Shown here piece by piece: positions 22,670 through 51,600 of a stretch of 64,000 bases of DNA. Position numbers and translations under genes: made by a program. The notes beneath the pieces were generated by a model. It worked only from the letters and a program-made list of their open reading frames with translations. It did not search any database and was not told where the DNA came from. Origin of the DNA: Zygnema circumcarinatum SAG 698-1b (taxonomy: Eukaryota > Plantae > Zygnematophyceae); NCBI GenBank assembly GCA_037447605.1, contig CM074809.1:362689-426688 (forward strand), written 5' to 3'. Each line of letters begins with the position of its first letter. The stretch's first letter is position 1.

Positions 22670-23494
22670 TTCTCTCTCCTCCCTTGTCTTTCGGGTGTGG
22701 AACGCTGTAAGGAGACACTGCGAAGCAATGTGAATGAAAGCTGATGTACAAAAGAGAACTGGGGAATGGATGACTGAGAACAGACAGGACATCCAATGGG
22801 AAGCCACTTCTCAGGGAGTCCCCACTCACATGGCCTCCCTCGCCCCGATATGGGAGCCGTGCTTGCGACACATGGCAGCCATACAACCGCCGTCGGAATG
22901 CCACTTGGCGGCCGCATGGACCCTATGGCAGGCTACCCCGGACCCTCAGACCATATGGGAGGAGGAGGAGGAGGAGGGGGAGGGGGAGGTAGCTACCGAC
23001 TCTCTCCCGTTTCTCCCTCCCAATACAGTCAGCAGATGTACGGCTGCCCACCCTCTCTTCAAGGAGCTTCACTACACCATCCTTGGGAGGCTGCGCAAAT
23101 GCCAGGTGTCGCTGCAGGATTGGGCAACATGGGGGGAGGAGGGGTCCCTGTACAAAATCAAAATGTAGGGGGGCCATATCACAGCAGGATGCCACCTGGC
23201 AATGCGGGATTGGGTGCACCGACCACATACCTTATGCCGAGCGATGGATCATGTGGGATTGGACCTATGTCTACAATGGGCTCCCCTGTGCCTGCAGGGA
23301 GACTCCATTCAGAGGGGGGGATGGCTATGTTGGGGCAGCAACAGGGGGGGCAGATAGACTTCATGTCAGTGGGAGGGGGATGGGCAGGAGATGGGATGGG
23401 AGGGGAGGAGGCAGCCATGGCTGCATGGTCGGATGACAGGGGGCGGCACAGGTGGATGGATGGGGGAGCCGGTTCAGGGTCCCGCCCATGGTGA
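21484..23494 (+). CDS. LUX: LUX/PCL1-like GARP (SHLQKY-class MYB) transcription factor
   Basis: Exons ~21484-21754 (start uncertain), 22117-22193, 22380-22559 and ~22784-23494. The spliced domain [59 protein letters not shown] has the LUX-type signature and no receiver domain is seen. A Gly/Pro/Met-rich tail follows. Confidence 0.8.
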
Positions 23495-24871
23495 AGCTAG
23501 ACGGGTGTATGGAGTAGGGAGGGAGGGAGGAGGGAGGAGGGAGGAGGGGGAGAGGGAGTGAGCGAGAACAAGTATGGACGGAGGGGGCTATCATCTTCAG
23601 AGAGAGAGAAAGAGAGAGGGGGATACACACACGGTGCGAGAGAATGAGAAAGGGACAAGGGGATAGAGAGAGAAAGATAGATAGAGGGAAGGGAGAGAAC
23701 GAGAGAGAGAGAGGGAAGAAATTGAAGAGGGGAGAGGGGTGGAGAGGGGGGCAAGGATTGCAAGGATTGCCTTGAAGACGAAGCTTGAAGACGGCAATCA
23801 ATGTTCATTTTTTTTTTTTTTTGCAGCGACTGGATTGGAAGGTTTAGAGAGAGAGAGAGCAATGGCAAGATTAATGATATGGCTTCAATTGCCAACTTGG
23901 CTTCCTTGGAGGCCATAATAACCCGGCCCTAAAGCGAAGGCTCACACTTACTACGGTGGGCTTCGCATCGCACATTTGGGAGGGCCAACATTGTTAATCT
24001 TTTCATATTGCAACGGCCCAACAGGTAGATTTGCAGCGCAGAAAGGATTGCTAAGGTTTTGATTGTTTTGAGTGTGTTTTTTGAAGGGCCTTAGGTGCTC
24101 TGTTTTCGTGTACATTGCTGAGAGAGAAGGGGGGTCTTATGCCAACTAGAAAGTGGTAGATCTACATTATAGAAGATGTGTGTTGAGCTGCTTCTCGAAG
24201 AACTAGGTCTGAGAGAAGAAGCTCGTTGGTGTGCGGCCTATGCGCCTCGTTGAAGTACTTGTTTCGACCTAAAATTTGTAAATCAAGTCAAAATAAGGGA
24301 GTGTGTGAGGTCTTCTAGAGATTAAATGCGAGTTTCTTTGTTGGTACCTCGCTTATTGCAAAGCTGCAAATCTGGCCTAAAGCAAAAATTGAAGAAACGA
24401 GGGCGAGGAGGAAAGTCGCCAGTCTCCAGCAACAATGCGCCTTTTTGGGAGCCATGTCTATGGCTGAAACTTGAGTCAAAACGTATTGGACCGCCTTGAA
24501 AGAGAAGCAGTTGCCCATCAGTTGCCTGCGACTCGGATTCCTTCCATTCCCTGAAAAGCTGCTTGCAATGCACCACTGTATATAGCAAATTGCAATGTGG
24601 CTATGGTCGCCAACGCCGAGGCGAATGAATGAAGGACTTCAATATGGGCAATGCTTGCCATGTGCACTGCGGCACCATTAGTGTGGGTACGTGACTAAAC
24701 GGTTTGGCCTAAACTGATTGTTTAGTAAGCGAGAACCTCGTGGAGCAAGTAATGTGGGCTGTGAAATGAAAATTAGAAGAGAAAAAAATACACTGTCAAC
24801 TGATAATGAAGGCTGTAGTGGACTCCGTGGCCTGCAGGGCTCCTTCAAAAGTGTACTCCAATCTCATTACT

Positions 24872-25162
24872 CCCCATGGCACCCATGGCCCCCATGGCCC
24901 CCATGGCACCCATGGCCCCATGGCCCCATGGCCCCATGACCTCATGGCCACATGACACCCATGGCCCCCATAGCCCCAATGGCCTCCATGTCACCCATGG
25001 CCCCATGGCCCCATGACCTCATGGCCCCATGGCCTCCATGGCCCTCATAGCCCCCATGACAACATGGCCCCATGGCCCCATGGCCCCATGGCCACATGGC
25101 TCCCATGGGCCCTACGGGGCCATGCCATGCCATGCCATGCCATGTGCCATGCCGTCCATGGG
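24872..25162. repeat. Degenerate 9-bp minisatellite (CCCCATGGC)n
   Basis: About 25-30 units built on the palindrome CCATGG, grading into (GCCAT)n at the 3' end. Confidence 0.9.
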
Positions 25163-25407
25163 AGGGAGTGCGGAGGCGGCGAGGAGGACGCGACTGCAGG
25201 CAGGCAGGGAGGGAGGCAGCCATGGCCCCGCACGTGTCGCCGCGCCTCCGCGGCCTCGCTGGCGCCTCCCCCGCCACGGGATGCCCGTCAGTCGGCCTCG
25301 CTCGCACCTGCGGATAAAGCTGCAGAGGGGCGCGTCTAGGGGGGCCCGCAGGGAGGGAGGGAGGGAGGGAGGGAGGGAGGGAGGGAGGGAGGTAGGGAGG
25401 GGGAGCC

Positions 25408-41520
<16,113 letters not shown>

Positions 41521-42423
41521 AGGAGACGCATCCTGATCTCGCACAGCATTCACTGCTCGAAAGGGGGGCAGCAATAATGGGTCTAATTTTGATAATATTA
41601 CGGAAGTCCCACCTTTGAATTTCGGAATTTTGAAATTTCGCCGTCAGTGCGTGCCAGTCCAGTTTCCACTCCCATTTTTTTTTTTTTTTTTCCAATGGAA
41701 TCTTTCTTCAGTCCAAGGATAACGGCTAGCTGTTTTTTTCAACAAAAAAAAACCCGTTTTGTAGCGTGGGAGTGAGGAAGTTCCTTTTTGATAGCCGGCG
41801 ACCTGTGTCCATAGCTTTGTACATTTCTGTAGCACGCAAGGTATTAGGCTCACCTGGATTTTGTGAATGATTGTATAGCCCACCTCACCTTGGAGATGCA
41901 GCTCCCAAATATGAACAGTTTTTACTCTTGTTCTTGTGGATGGGTTTGAAGAGGAAACCTGTGTAGAAGGGGCCACTGTAGAAGCAATACAGCGTTTGTA
42001 GCACAAGTCGAGAAGTTGAGCCTGCCGTCAAAAAGTTGCAATGTACTCTTATCAAGTTAGACAGATTCAAAACAGTGATTCGAAGATTAGAACTCGAGGA
42101 AAACTTGAAATTTTGAAAACTTGAGGAGCGAAGGAATCTTGTGGATCTATCTCATAGAAAAGGCCATGTACGGATGATGATGTGATATGATGTGATGTGA
42201 TATGATCTGTCATTTTATGGGTCGGTATGCGCACAAATGAACCTGAACCTGGCACATCATGGCAGAGGAGGTGCTCGTCAACATGTACAACATGAGAAAG
42301 CACATGGATACATGGACATGAGCTCGTCCAGATATACGAATAGGGTGCAAAGTGTCATGGTGAAAGTAAACATCCCAATGCAACATCAACATCATCATCA
42401 TCATCATCATCACCATCATCATT

Positions 42424-42454
<31 letters not shown>

Positions 42455-44664
42455 CAATCATCTTGATCATGATCATCATCATTGTCCATGTGTAACACAC
42501 GAAGCTTTCTCTCTAACCAAGTAAGCAACTTGTAAAGAGAAAGCCCCAAAAAGGGCCAAACAGCAAATATTTGAAGTTTCCTAATTCCTACTTGTGACAC
42601 CTCTCTTATCGCCCCAACGCCCTAAAAACCTGAAAAAGCTAAAAAAGACAAACAGACAGACTCTTGTACATTCAAACAAAGCATTTCCAACTCCTCGAAT
42701 TATCAACTCTGCCCTTGTTCCTTGTGTGCTGTGAATTTTTAAGACCCCTAAAATATCAACATCTCTCTTTTCTCCCAAATCGCTCCCACTCTTTCTGCCA
42801 AGATGCAGTCAACCACCCCTAAAACATTGCAACACGTCGTTACAAATGATGCTAAAAATAAATCAAACAACACAAAAATTTTCCTAAGAAATCCTTGATT
42901 GATACCATTGGTTTTCTTCAGTCAAATTTAACGCAGTCGCTCGTTGACTTGCTTTTAACGCAATCGCTCGTTGACTTGCTTTGACCTCTGCCTGCCCCCC
43001 ATGGTAGTGACTTTTCTCTCTCCCTCAAGTCTCGGATCTCTCTTCATTCACACAAAAAGAGGTTCCTACACCCCCTCTTCCCCCAAATAGCGACCTCTTC
43101 CTCTCCTTAAAGCCCCGGCTCTACTTTTACTCTCACAAGATGAGGTTCCCTCCTCACTCTCTCCCCGGTAATGACCTCTGTACCTCCCTCAAATACGGGC
43201 TCTACCTTCACTTTCATAGGTAGAGGTACTTGCCTCCCCATCCCCTTTGTAGTGACTTTTTCTTCTCCCTCAGGTCCCGACTCTCGCTTTGTTTTCATAG
43301 GAAGAGGTTCCCACCCCCTCCTCCCCCAAATAACGACCTCTTCCTCTCCTTCAAGTCTCGGCTCTCCTTTTACTCTCATAGGAAGAGGTTCCCACCCCCC
43401 CTTCCCCCAAATAAGAACTTCTTCCTCTCCCTCAAGTCCCGGCTCTATCATCCTCATAGGAGGAGGTACCTGGTCCTTTCTTCCCCTGGCAAAGGCCTCT
43501 CCNNNNNNNNNNGTTTCTCTTATCCCCTTTTCGTTTTTCACTCTCTAACCCTCCCTTTACCCCCCCACCTTCTCACCCATCCACTCTCCCACCCCCCTCC
43601 CTCCCTCCCTCCCCTCCCTCCCTCTCTCTCTCTCTTCCCGGCACAGGTCTGCGCAAGTGTCAGTGCAGATGCCGGCAGTTTGCAGGAGCTCGTACAATGG
43701 AATGAGCTCTACGGAGAGGGAGGCTCTCGCAGGCGGACCACTCTCTCCTACTTCATGTGAAGGAGACGCATCCTGATCTCGCACAGCATTCACTGCTCGA
43801 AAGGGGGGCAGCAATAATGGGTCTAATTTTGATAATATTACGGAAGTCCCACCTTTGAATTTCGGAATTTTGAAATTTCGCCGTCAGTGCGTGCCAGTCC
43901 AGTTTCCACTCCCATTTTTTTTTTTTTTTTTCCAATGGAATCTTTCTTCAGTCCAAGGATAACGGCTAGCTGTTTTTTTCAACAAAAAAAAACCCGTTTT
44001 GTAGCGTGGGAGTGAGGAAGTTCCTTTTTGATAGCCGGCGACCTGTGTCCATAGCTTTGTACATTTCTGTAGCACGCAAGGTATTAGGCTCACCTTGGAT
44101 TTTGTGAATGATTGTATAGCCCACCTCACCTTGGAGATGCAGCTCCCAAATATGAACAGTTTTTACTCTTGTTCTTGTGGATGGGTTTGAAGAGGAAACC
44201 TGTGTAGAAGGGGCCACTGTAGAAGCAATACAGCGTTTGTAGCACAAGTCGAGAAGTTGAGCCTGCCGTCAAAAAGTTGCAATGTACTCTTATCAAGTTA
44301 GACAGATTCAAAACAGTGATTCGAAGATTAGAACTCGAGGAAAACTTGAAATTTTGAAAACTTGAGGAGCGAAGGAATCTTGTGGATCTATCTCATAGAA
44401 AAGGCCATGTACGGATGATGATGTGATATGATGTGATGTGATATGATCTGTCATTTTATGGGTCGGTATGCGCACAAATGAACCTGAACCTGGCACATCA
44501 TGGCAGAGGAGGTGCTCGTCAACATGTACAACATGAGAAAGCACATGGATACATGGACATGAGCTCGTCCAGATATACGAATAGGGTGCAAAGTGTCATG
44601 GTGAAAGTAAACATCCCAATGCAACATCAACATCATCATCATCATCATCATCACCATCATCATT

Positions 44665-44695
<31 letters not shown>

Positions 44696-45347
44696 CAATC
44701 ATCTTGATCATGATCATCATCATTGTCCATGTGTAACACACGAAGCTTTCTCTCTAACCAAGTAAGCAACTTGTAAAGAGAAAGCCCCAAAAAGGGCCAA
44801 ACAGCAAATATTTGAAGTTTCCTAATTCCTACTTGTGACACCTCTCTTATCGCCCCAACGCCCTAAAAACCTGAAAAAGCTAAAAAAGACAAACAGACAG
44901 ACTCTTGTACATTCAAACAAAGCATTTCCAACTCCTCGAATTATCAACTCTGCCCTTGTTCCTTGTGTGCTGTGAATTTTTAAGACCCCTAAAATATCAA
45001 CATCTCTCTTTTCTCCCAAATCGCTCCCACTCTTTCTGCCAAGATGCAGTCAACCACCCCTAAAACATTGCAACACGTCGTTACAAATGATGCTAAAAAT
45101 AAATCAAACAACACAAAAATTTTCCTAAGAAATCCTTGATTGATACCATTGGTTTTCTTCAGTCAAATTTAACGCAGTCGCTCGTTGACTTGCTTTTAAC
45201 GCAATCGCTCGTTGACTTGCTTTGACCTCTGCCTGCCCCCCATGGTAGTGACTTTTCTCTCTCCCTCAAGTCTCGGATCTCTCTTCATTCACACAAAAAG
45301 AGGTTCCTACACCCCCTCTTCCCCCAAATAGCGACCTCTTCCTCTCC

Positions 45348-47368
45348 TTAAAGCCCCGGCTCTACTTTTACTCTCACAAGATGAGGTTCCCTCCTCACTC
45401 TCTCCCCGGTAATGACCTCTGTACCTCCCTCAAATACGGGCTCTACCTTCACTTTCATAGGTAGAGGTACTTGCCTCCCCATCCCCTTTGTAGTGACTTT
45501 TTCTTCTCCCTCAGGTCCCGACTCTCGCTTTGTTTTCATAGGAAGAGGTTCCCACCCCCTCCTCCCCCAAATAACGACCTCTTCCTCTCCTTCAAGTCTC
45601 GGCTCTCCTTTTACTCTCATAGGAAGAGGTTCCCACCCCCCCTTCCCCCAAATAAGAACTTCTTCCTCTCCCTCAAGTCCCGGCTCTATCATCCTCATAG
45701 GAGGAGGTACCTGGTCCTTTCTTCCCCTGGCAAAGGCCTCTCCCACAACAACACCTACCCCCGGCTCCACCTTTACCCTAACTGGTAAAGGTGTTCGAAC
45801 ATTTGGCTGACCTTCTTTCTCCTTCTTGAAAGTCCCACTTTCAGTCATTAAGCATCGCCTCTTCTGCTCCACATTGACAATCTCATTGTTCAGCTCCTCC
45901 CCCTCTTCCTGCATCGCCTGCATGTCGTCAAAACGATACTTTCTCTTCAGGAGTGGCTGCTGATCGGCATTCCTCGCCTTCCTTGCCGTCTCACACACCT
46001 GTGAAAACACATTATCATTAGCATCATCATCGCCGTCGTCCTCATCGTCATCGTCGTCATCATCATCATCATCAATCAATCATCAATCAATCATCACTCA
46101 ATCATCAATCAATCATCATCAATCATCATCAATCATCACCAAACAAATCATCAATCAATCATCAATTAATCAATCATCAATCAATCATCATCAATCATCA
46201 TCAATCATCATATATGCATCAATTATCATGCATCAAACAATCAAACATCAAACACAAAAAAAAAAAAACATCAGCATTATCATCATCGTCATCATCATGA
46301 AGCTTACCTCGAGTATGTTATCAGCCGGTTTCCTCGTGCGCTCCTCCACTGACACCTTGAGCCTTTTCGCCTCCGCCTCGCCGTCATACACAGCCATCCT
46401 CTTCATACCAACAACCTCTCGCGCTCTCTGTTCAGTTGCACTGAATTCCGCTGCCTGCTGCTCCGCCTGCCTCTTTTTGTTCAGCATATCCTCTCGCTCA
46501 GCACGGAGGGCCATCATCTCTCCAATCCTGCGATCGAAGCCTCTCTTCCCCTGCTCCAGCTTCATCATCATCTGCTTCGAGTTTGCCTCCACCTGTTCAA
46601 AGAGCAGCAGAATAGACTGTGATGAAAAATGAGCTCAAAGGAAACAATCACGATGAGGAACTCAGTTAGCAGAATTACGACTGCCACGACGAATAAATCT
46701 ACGTTATGGCAAGCAGCAAGCAAAGCGTGGTCTAATTATTAGGTGCTGCGCATGTCCGCCACGTGGCAAGCTCCATCCGAAATCACGGTGACATTCTCTC
46801 TCCATTGCTTATAGATTCTCCGAGCGATCAAGTGTAGAGAGAGAGAGATAGAGAGAGAGAGTGAGGGAGCGAGAAAGAGAGAACGAGAGCGAGAGGGAAA
46901 AAAATAAGACCGTACCTGTTTTGCCTTCAGTAGAGGTTGGCTCCGCCATGCGGAGATTCCCGCCCTTGGAACTGCCACATGCTCCGTGTGGAAGCGGATG
47001 CCCCTAAGCAGGGCCCTCCGCTCCTCTGCATGCTTCTCTCTAGTCTCTTCATCAGCGGCGTTCCGCGCATGCCATGGCTGGCGACTTTCCACCTTCAATG
47101 ATTCTTTGGCGCCTTCGTCCTTCTCCTTTTCACCGGCCTTTTCCTTTGCTTCCGACTCCTGCTCATGCTGCGCCGTTGGTGGAGCAAAAGCTGTGGCTTT
47201 AGCGTGGGATCGCATGCCCTTGATGCTCTCCATTACGGCCTCCTCCTTCGCAGGGGCAGGCCGCCCAAAGAACCAGCTCCAAAGGGATCCTGCAGAGCCT
47301 ACTTTTGCAGAGGCCTTTGCAGGGCTGCCCTTGGGAACGAAGACCGTTTTCATATCGAAAAACGACAT
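45348..47368 (-). CDS. Uncharacterised 462-aa protein: charged/coiled-coil middle and C-terminal ~27-aa tandem repeats
   Basis: Three phase-0 GT-AG exons, 47368-46916, 46592-46308 and 45998-45348, join into one open frame starting MSFFDMKTVFVPKG. No family was recognised. Confidence 0.7.
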
Positions 47369-47544
47369 ATTTTCCCGTGTTTGAATGCAGAAGAGGAAGC
47401 AGATTGTTGCTGAGAACGAAAGTCAGCGTACCTTTTAACTCTCCGTTTCCTCCTAATTCTGTGCCTTCCTCTTCACCGAAAAAATGAGCTGAAAGCTCCA
47501 ACTGTTAACCTTTGACCGGGCCCCTCAAAAGCACCTGCAAGGTC

Positions 47545-47696
47545 GTCGCACGATCGTCGCACAAAGTCGCATTTGAGTCGCACAGAGTCGCATGAACGTC
47601 GCAAAACGTCGCATTACGGTCGCACAGAGTCGCATAGGAATCGCACATAGTCGCACAAGGGTCGCAGGTCGCACAAGTGTCGCATGGCTTTGCGAC
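47545..47696. repeat. Helically phased GTCGCA hexamer array
   Basis: GTCGCA starts at 47545, 47556, 47566, 47577, 47587, 47598, 47608, 47619, 47629, (ATCGCA 47640), 47650, 47661, 47668 and 47679, with an inverted TGCGAC at 47691. The spacer sequences differ. Confidence 0.9.
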
Positions 47697-47930
47697 GCTT
47701 GAGTCGACACGTGGCGCGCTGGGAGCGTCCGTATGGGCCTGCCCGGCGCTATCCCGAGCCAGAAATCTCCACGTGTCCCAAAGAGCGCGGAGCGCATCGT
47801 GGCCGTCGTTGGAACGATCGGACGGACGGGAGTGGTCTCCGCAGCCAGTGTACGGGTTCACGCGTGCGCTGTGCCGATGTGGCCGCCAGGATAGGTAGGC
47901 GCACGTTCAAAAGTTCACGTGACAGGCTTT

Positions 47931-48096
47931 GGGTGGGTTTCCATCAGCCCGTTATTCCGACGTGGCGTCGTAATGGACGACGACCCATGGGTTCCATGAG
48001 GCCGTTTCCGCCAACGTGGCGACAACGTGGCGCCAACGTGGCGACAACGTGGCGCCAACGTGGCTGCCACGTGGTAACGAGGCACCGTTCCACAAG
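47931..48096 (+). repeat. GC-rich dispersed repeat family, copy 3, with a tandem ACGTGGC array
   Basis: Begins GGGTGGGTTTCCATCAGCCCG and is the reverse complement of about 17980-18110. ACGTGGC occurs at 48014, 48025, 48036, 48047 and 48058, followed by CCACGTGG at 48068. Confidence 0.85.
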
Positions 48097-48683
48097 GCTT
48101 TCTAGTCACCGCGTTCCGTCGGAAGCATTTTCGTTCTTTTGTGGTCTCGTGTGACTCCTAAACACTTTAGTCCCTCGTGGTTCCACATGCTGCTTTTGTC
48201 CATGTACAATTGACGGCCTCGCCATCGTGAGTTCAATGCCATTTTCCCTATTTTCTTTAGTTTTTCATATTAACCATTTCTATGTGCATATGAAGGCGTC
48301 GAATCGCGATCAGAGATCCATGCCAATCCACATGACCCCTTGGTTGCCACAACACCGTTGTACAAAACAGTATGGGCAAGCGTGGTCACATGGGGTTTGA
48401 GTAACCAACCAACCACACGCACGCCAGGGAGATCAGATGTGAAGCATGGGATCAGAGTGCACGAGTGTGCATCTTTGTGGTGACTTTATCGAGTCACTTA
48501 ATCAAGTGGTAACAGAATTGAACACGAGAGTTCTAGAAGTTTACCTTCAAGTAGAAGGCTCAGCTAACTCTGCTTAAAAACGAAACGATTAATGAGAAGG
48601 TGCCGAGTTGGAACATAAAACACCGTTAAGGTTGAACTTACTGGGCGAGTCATACATGTACTCTATTCGGATGCAGGCGCCGG

Positions 48684-51600
48684 CTAAGGGAGCGATTGCT
48701 TGAAGCTGAGGAGGAGGCTTTGCAGGAGTTGGAGGGATGTGGAGGTTATCGTCTGGAGGCTCTCATGAAATGCCTGCCCACATCCAAAAGAATCGGCCCA
48801 CAATGATCCTCTCGAGGGGTATAGGGACAGAGGGGAGGGGGGGAGGGAGGAAGGGAGTGGGGGGGGGGAGGAAGGGAGTGGGGGGAGGGAGGAAGGGAGT
48901 GGGGGGAGGGGAGGGAGCGAGGGAGGGGAGGAGAGGGCAGCGGAGGGGAGGGGAGCGGGAAGGAAGGAAGAGGAGGGAGGGAGGGAGGAAGGGAGGACGA
49001 GGAGGAAGGGAGGAAGAGGAGGAAGGGAGGGTCTGGGAGAGGGAGGGAGGAAGAGAGTGCGGGGAAGGGAGGGAGAGGGAGGGAGGGGATGGTGGGAGGG
49101 AGGGAGCGAGAAGCTGTTCCATAACGCAGAACTGAGTTGACCTGAGAAAGCAGGCTTACAATAAAGTGCTCGAGGACGGGAACCAACGAAAGTAGATTGC
49201 CACCTGGCAGAAGTCGCTCAATGGATTTCCGTGCACTGTCACTGCGAGTGTCCTCAATTCAGAGTACACCGTGATTTAGGATTTTGAAAAACATGAAACA
49301 GACGCCCTTAGGGATACAGCAGGTGGAGGGACACAGGTAACACTATTTTGTAGATAAGTAACGCAGAAGAATCCAAAACTGCAAATGTATGATTGAATAA
49401 TCCCTATGTCTGCTTCACAACCGCAACAACTCTCTCCCTCTCACACACACACACTCTCTCTCCCTCTCTCCCTCTCTCCCTCATCTCTAACTTGAATAAA
49501 GAACAGCTGTTCCCCCAACCTACAATTAATATCAGGCACGAGGACGCTTAAGACTTGAAGTTCAGAAAGGGGTCTGCGGGACCTAATAGTGTTAGTAGTG
49601 AACAAGACATGATCTTTCCGGTCTAGGGGTTTACCTCTCTTGTGAGAGGAAGGCGAGGAGAAGGGCAGCATATGCTTCCAGCATCATGGCTTCTGCCTCC
49701 TTCTCTCCTGCTGCCATCTGTTCATCTTCATCCATGGCCTGCTATATGCACCACATACACACATCCCCAAATGGACTTAATGAATGAAATTATGCCATGC
49801 CGAGCCTTGCATGAACCATATTTGTTCCGAAGGGGGGCCGGGGGGAGAAGGTGGTTGTGAGGCCTATCTACATCGCTCGCTCCCTCTCTCCCTCCCACAC
49901 ACACCCATGTATGCAAATACCTTTGGCTGCAGCTGATGCGCCGCATCTCGGAAGGATTCCCCAGCGCCTCTTCTACTCAAGAAAAGGGAACATAGAAACG
50001 GTATCATTCCCAGCCGCTCCTCTTCAATGTATCCTTCACCAGCAGGAGGCAGCGCTAAAGTGCATTCCAGCACAGCCAGATGGCCCCTGCAAGAACATTG
50101 ATTTTATCAAACCATACATTAATATATATCATATGTGTATTTGTATCTGCGTTTATGTGTGCTTATAAGCTACACCCACCACCAAACTCCATCAGTAACA
50201 AAAACACGAGGATCTCAACCATGGCCTATACAGCAATCTCAGAGATAGCAGAATGTGCCATACATTCATAGTGAAGTGGAGGCCACCTGTACTCACCTAT
50301 TGGTCTCGTTTTTTTCGATCAAGTTCACAAGCACACCCAACACCACCATAAGGAGGTCCCCATCCTCAGCAGGAACCTCTCTTTTCCGGCCCTCCCTCCT
50401 TCCCTGACTGGCCTTCTCCACGCTCGCTTCCATGACTTCTCCTCTCTCCTCCCCCCTCTCTCTGCCTTTCTCGCTCAGAGCGGCTTCACAGAGATGTGGA
50501 CATTTTGAAAGGGCCAGATCCGACATTATTTGAAGTCCTCGAGCAGCTGCCACTTGCTTGCAGCCTGTCTGATTTTCATTTGTTAAGTTCATAATTACCT
50601 GCAGACAGCAGAAAGAGCAGTTTTTTGAGAAAAAACCCGCATTTCAAGGGGGCCAAAATTTGTTATTTTGTCAAGATAATCACACGATATGCCAGATAAA
50701 GGGGATGCGGAGACTATGCACATAGTGTGACAGGGAGGCATAAGCGCGTAGTGAAAGATTCAGATTTTTCCTTTAGATGGCTAATGGTTAATCATCGATC
50801 GTGACGATCGATTTTAAGCTTTTTTGTCTTCGTATGTTGATGGATCCTCAGTGCTCACCTTGACAGCAGAAACGAGACAGTCTTCGACTAAAAGTTGGTA
50901 AAACTTTACATTCTCTGTACTCCTCACTCTGCTTTTAGTCTCCCTTCCTTTCACTCTCTCAGAGCTCAAAGGTAGCTGGGCAGCTCCCATTTCCACCTCC
51001 TCTCCCACATCGAAATGGAACGGATCAACGGAAAGTGAATCTTTATGTTTATTTGCATTGCTACTCCTACGATGTATTCCAGTCAGTCCTCTCCCTCCCA
51101 GTCGCCCCCTCACCTCTGGAGTTAAATCTGATCCCAGCCTTAAAGGCCCTTTACCTACACTACCCTTCACGAAATCCTCTCTCTCAAATTCGAAATCATT
51201 TCCCATAAGTGGATGTTTTGCTACTCCTTCCCTTTCCATCTCTCCCTTGTTCGGCCTTCCTTCAAGAAAAGGTAAAGGCAGTCCACCCTTTGTACAACCT
51301 GAAAAGGGAGCTGAGGGTCCCTTAGCAGATGGGACTTCTGGACGAGGTGGGAGAGAAAAAGAAGGGAGAGGAGGTCGGCTCCTTGAAAAGAAAGTTCGAG
51401 GTTCGCTCTTTACACTTTCTTCCTGTTGACTCTCATCCTCCATGTCCCCGTTGAACTCTGAATCCTTACTTCTTTCACAAGTTTGTAGATCGCTATCCTT
51501 CCGCCTCCTATAGACCCTGTCTTGCCTGTCACTACCTTCTCCCTCCCCTTGACCTGCATCCATATTCCTCCTCTTTGAACAGTTTCGTTGAGCAGTCGCT

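Noticed and set aside
23932-23972. Small hairpin (GCGAAGGCTCAC...GTGGGCTTCGC) as a Helitron end or ncRNA
   Set aside because: The stem is short and imperfect, there is no following CTRR terminus and no recognisable RNA family motif.
42237-44841. Poly-His, poly-Met and poly-Asp ORFs (two copies)
   Set aside because: They are (CAT)n microsatellite in the 3' intergenic region, duplicated by the assembly overlap; there is no splice or homology support.
47545-47696. CRISPR-like interpretation of the repeat-spacer pattern
   Set aside because: Repeats are 6 bp and spacers 4-5 bp, far below CRISPR dimensions; the context is eukaryotic and there are no cas genes.
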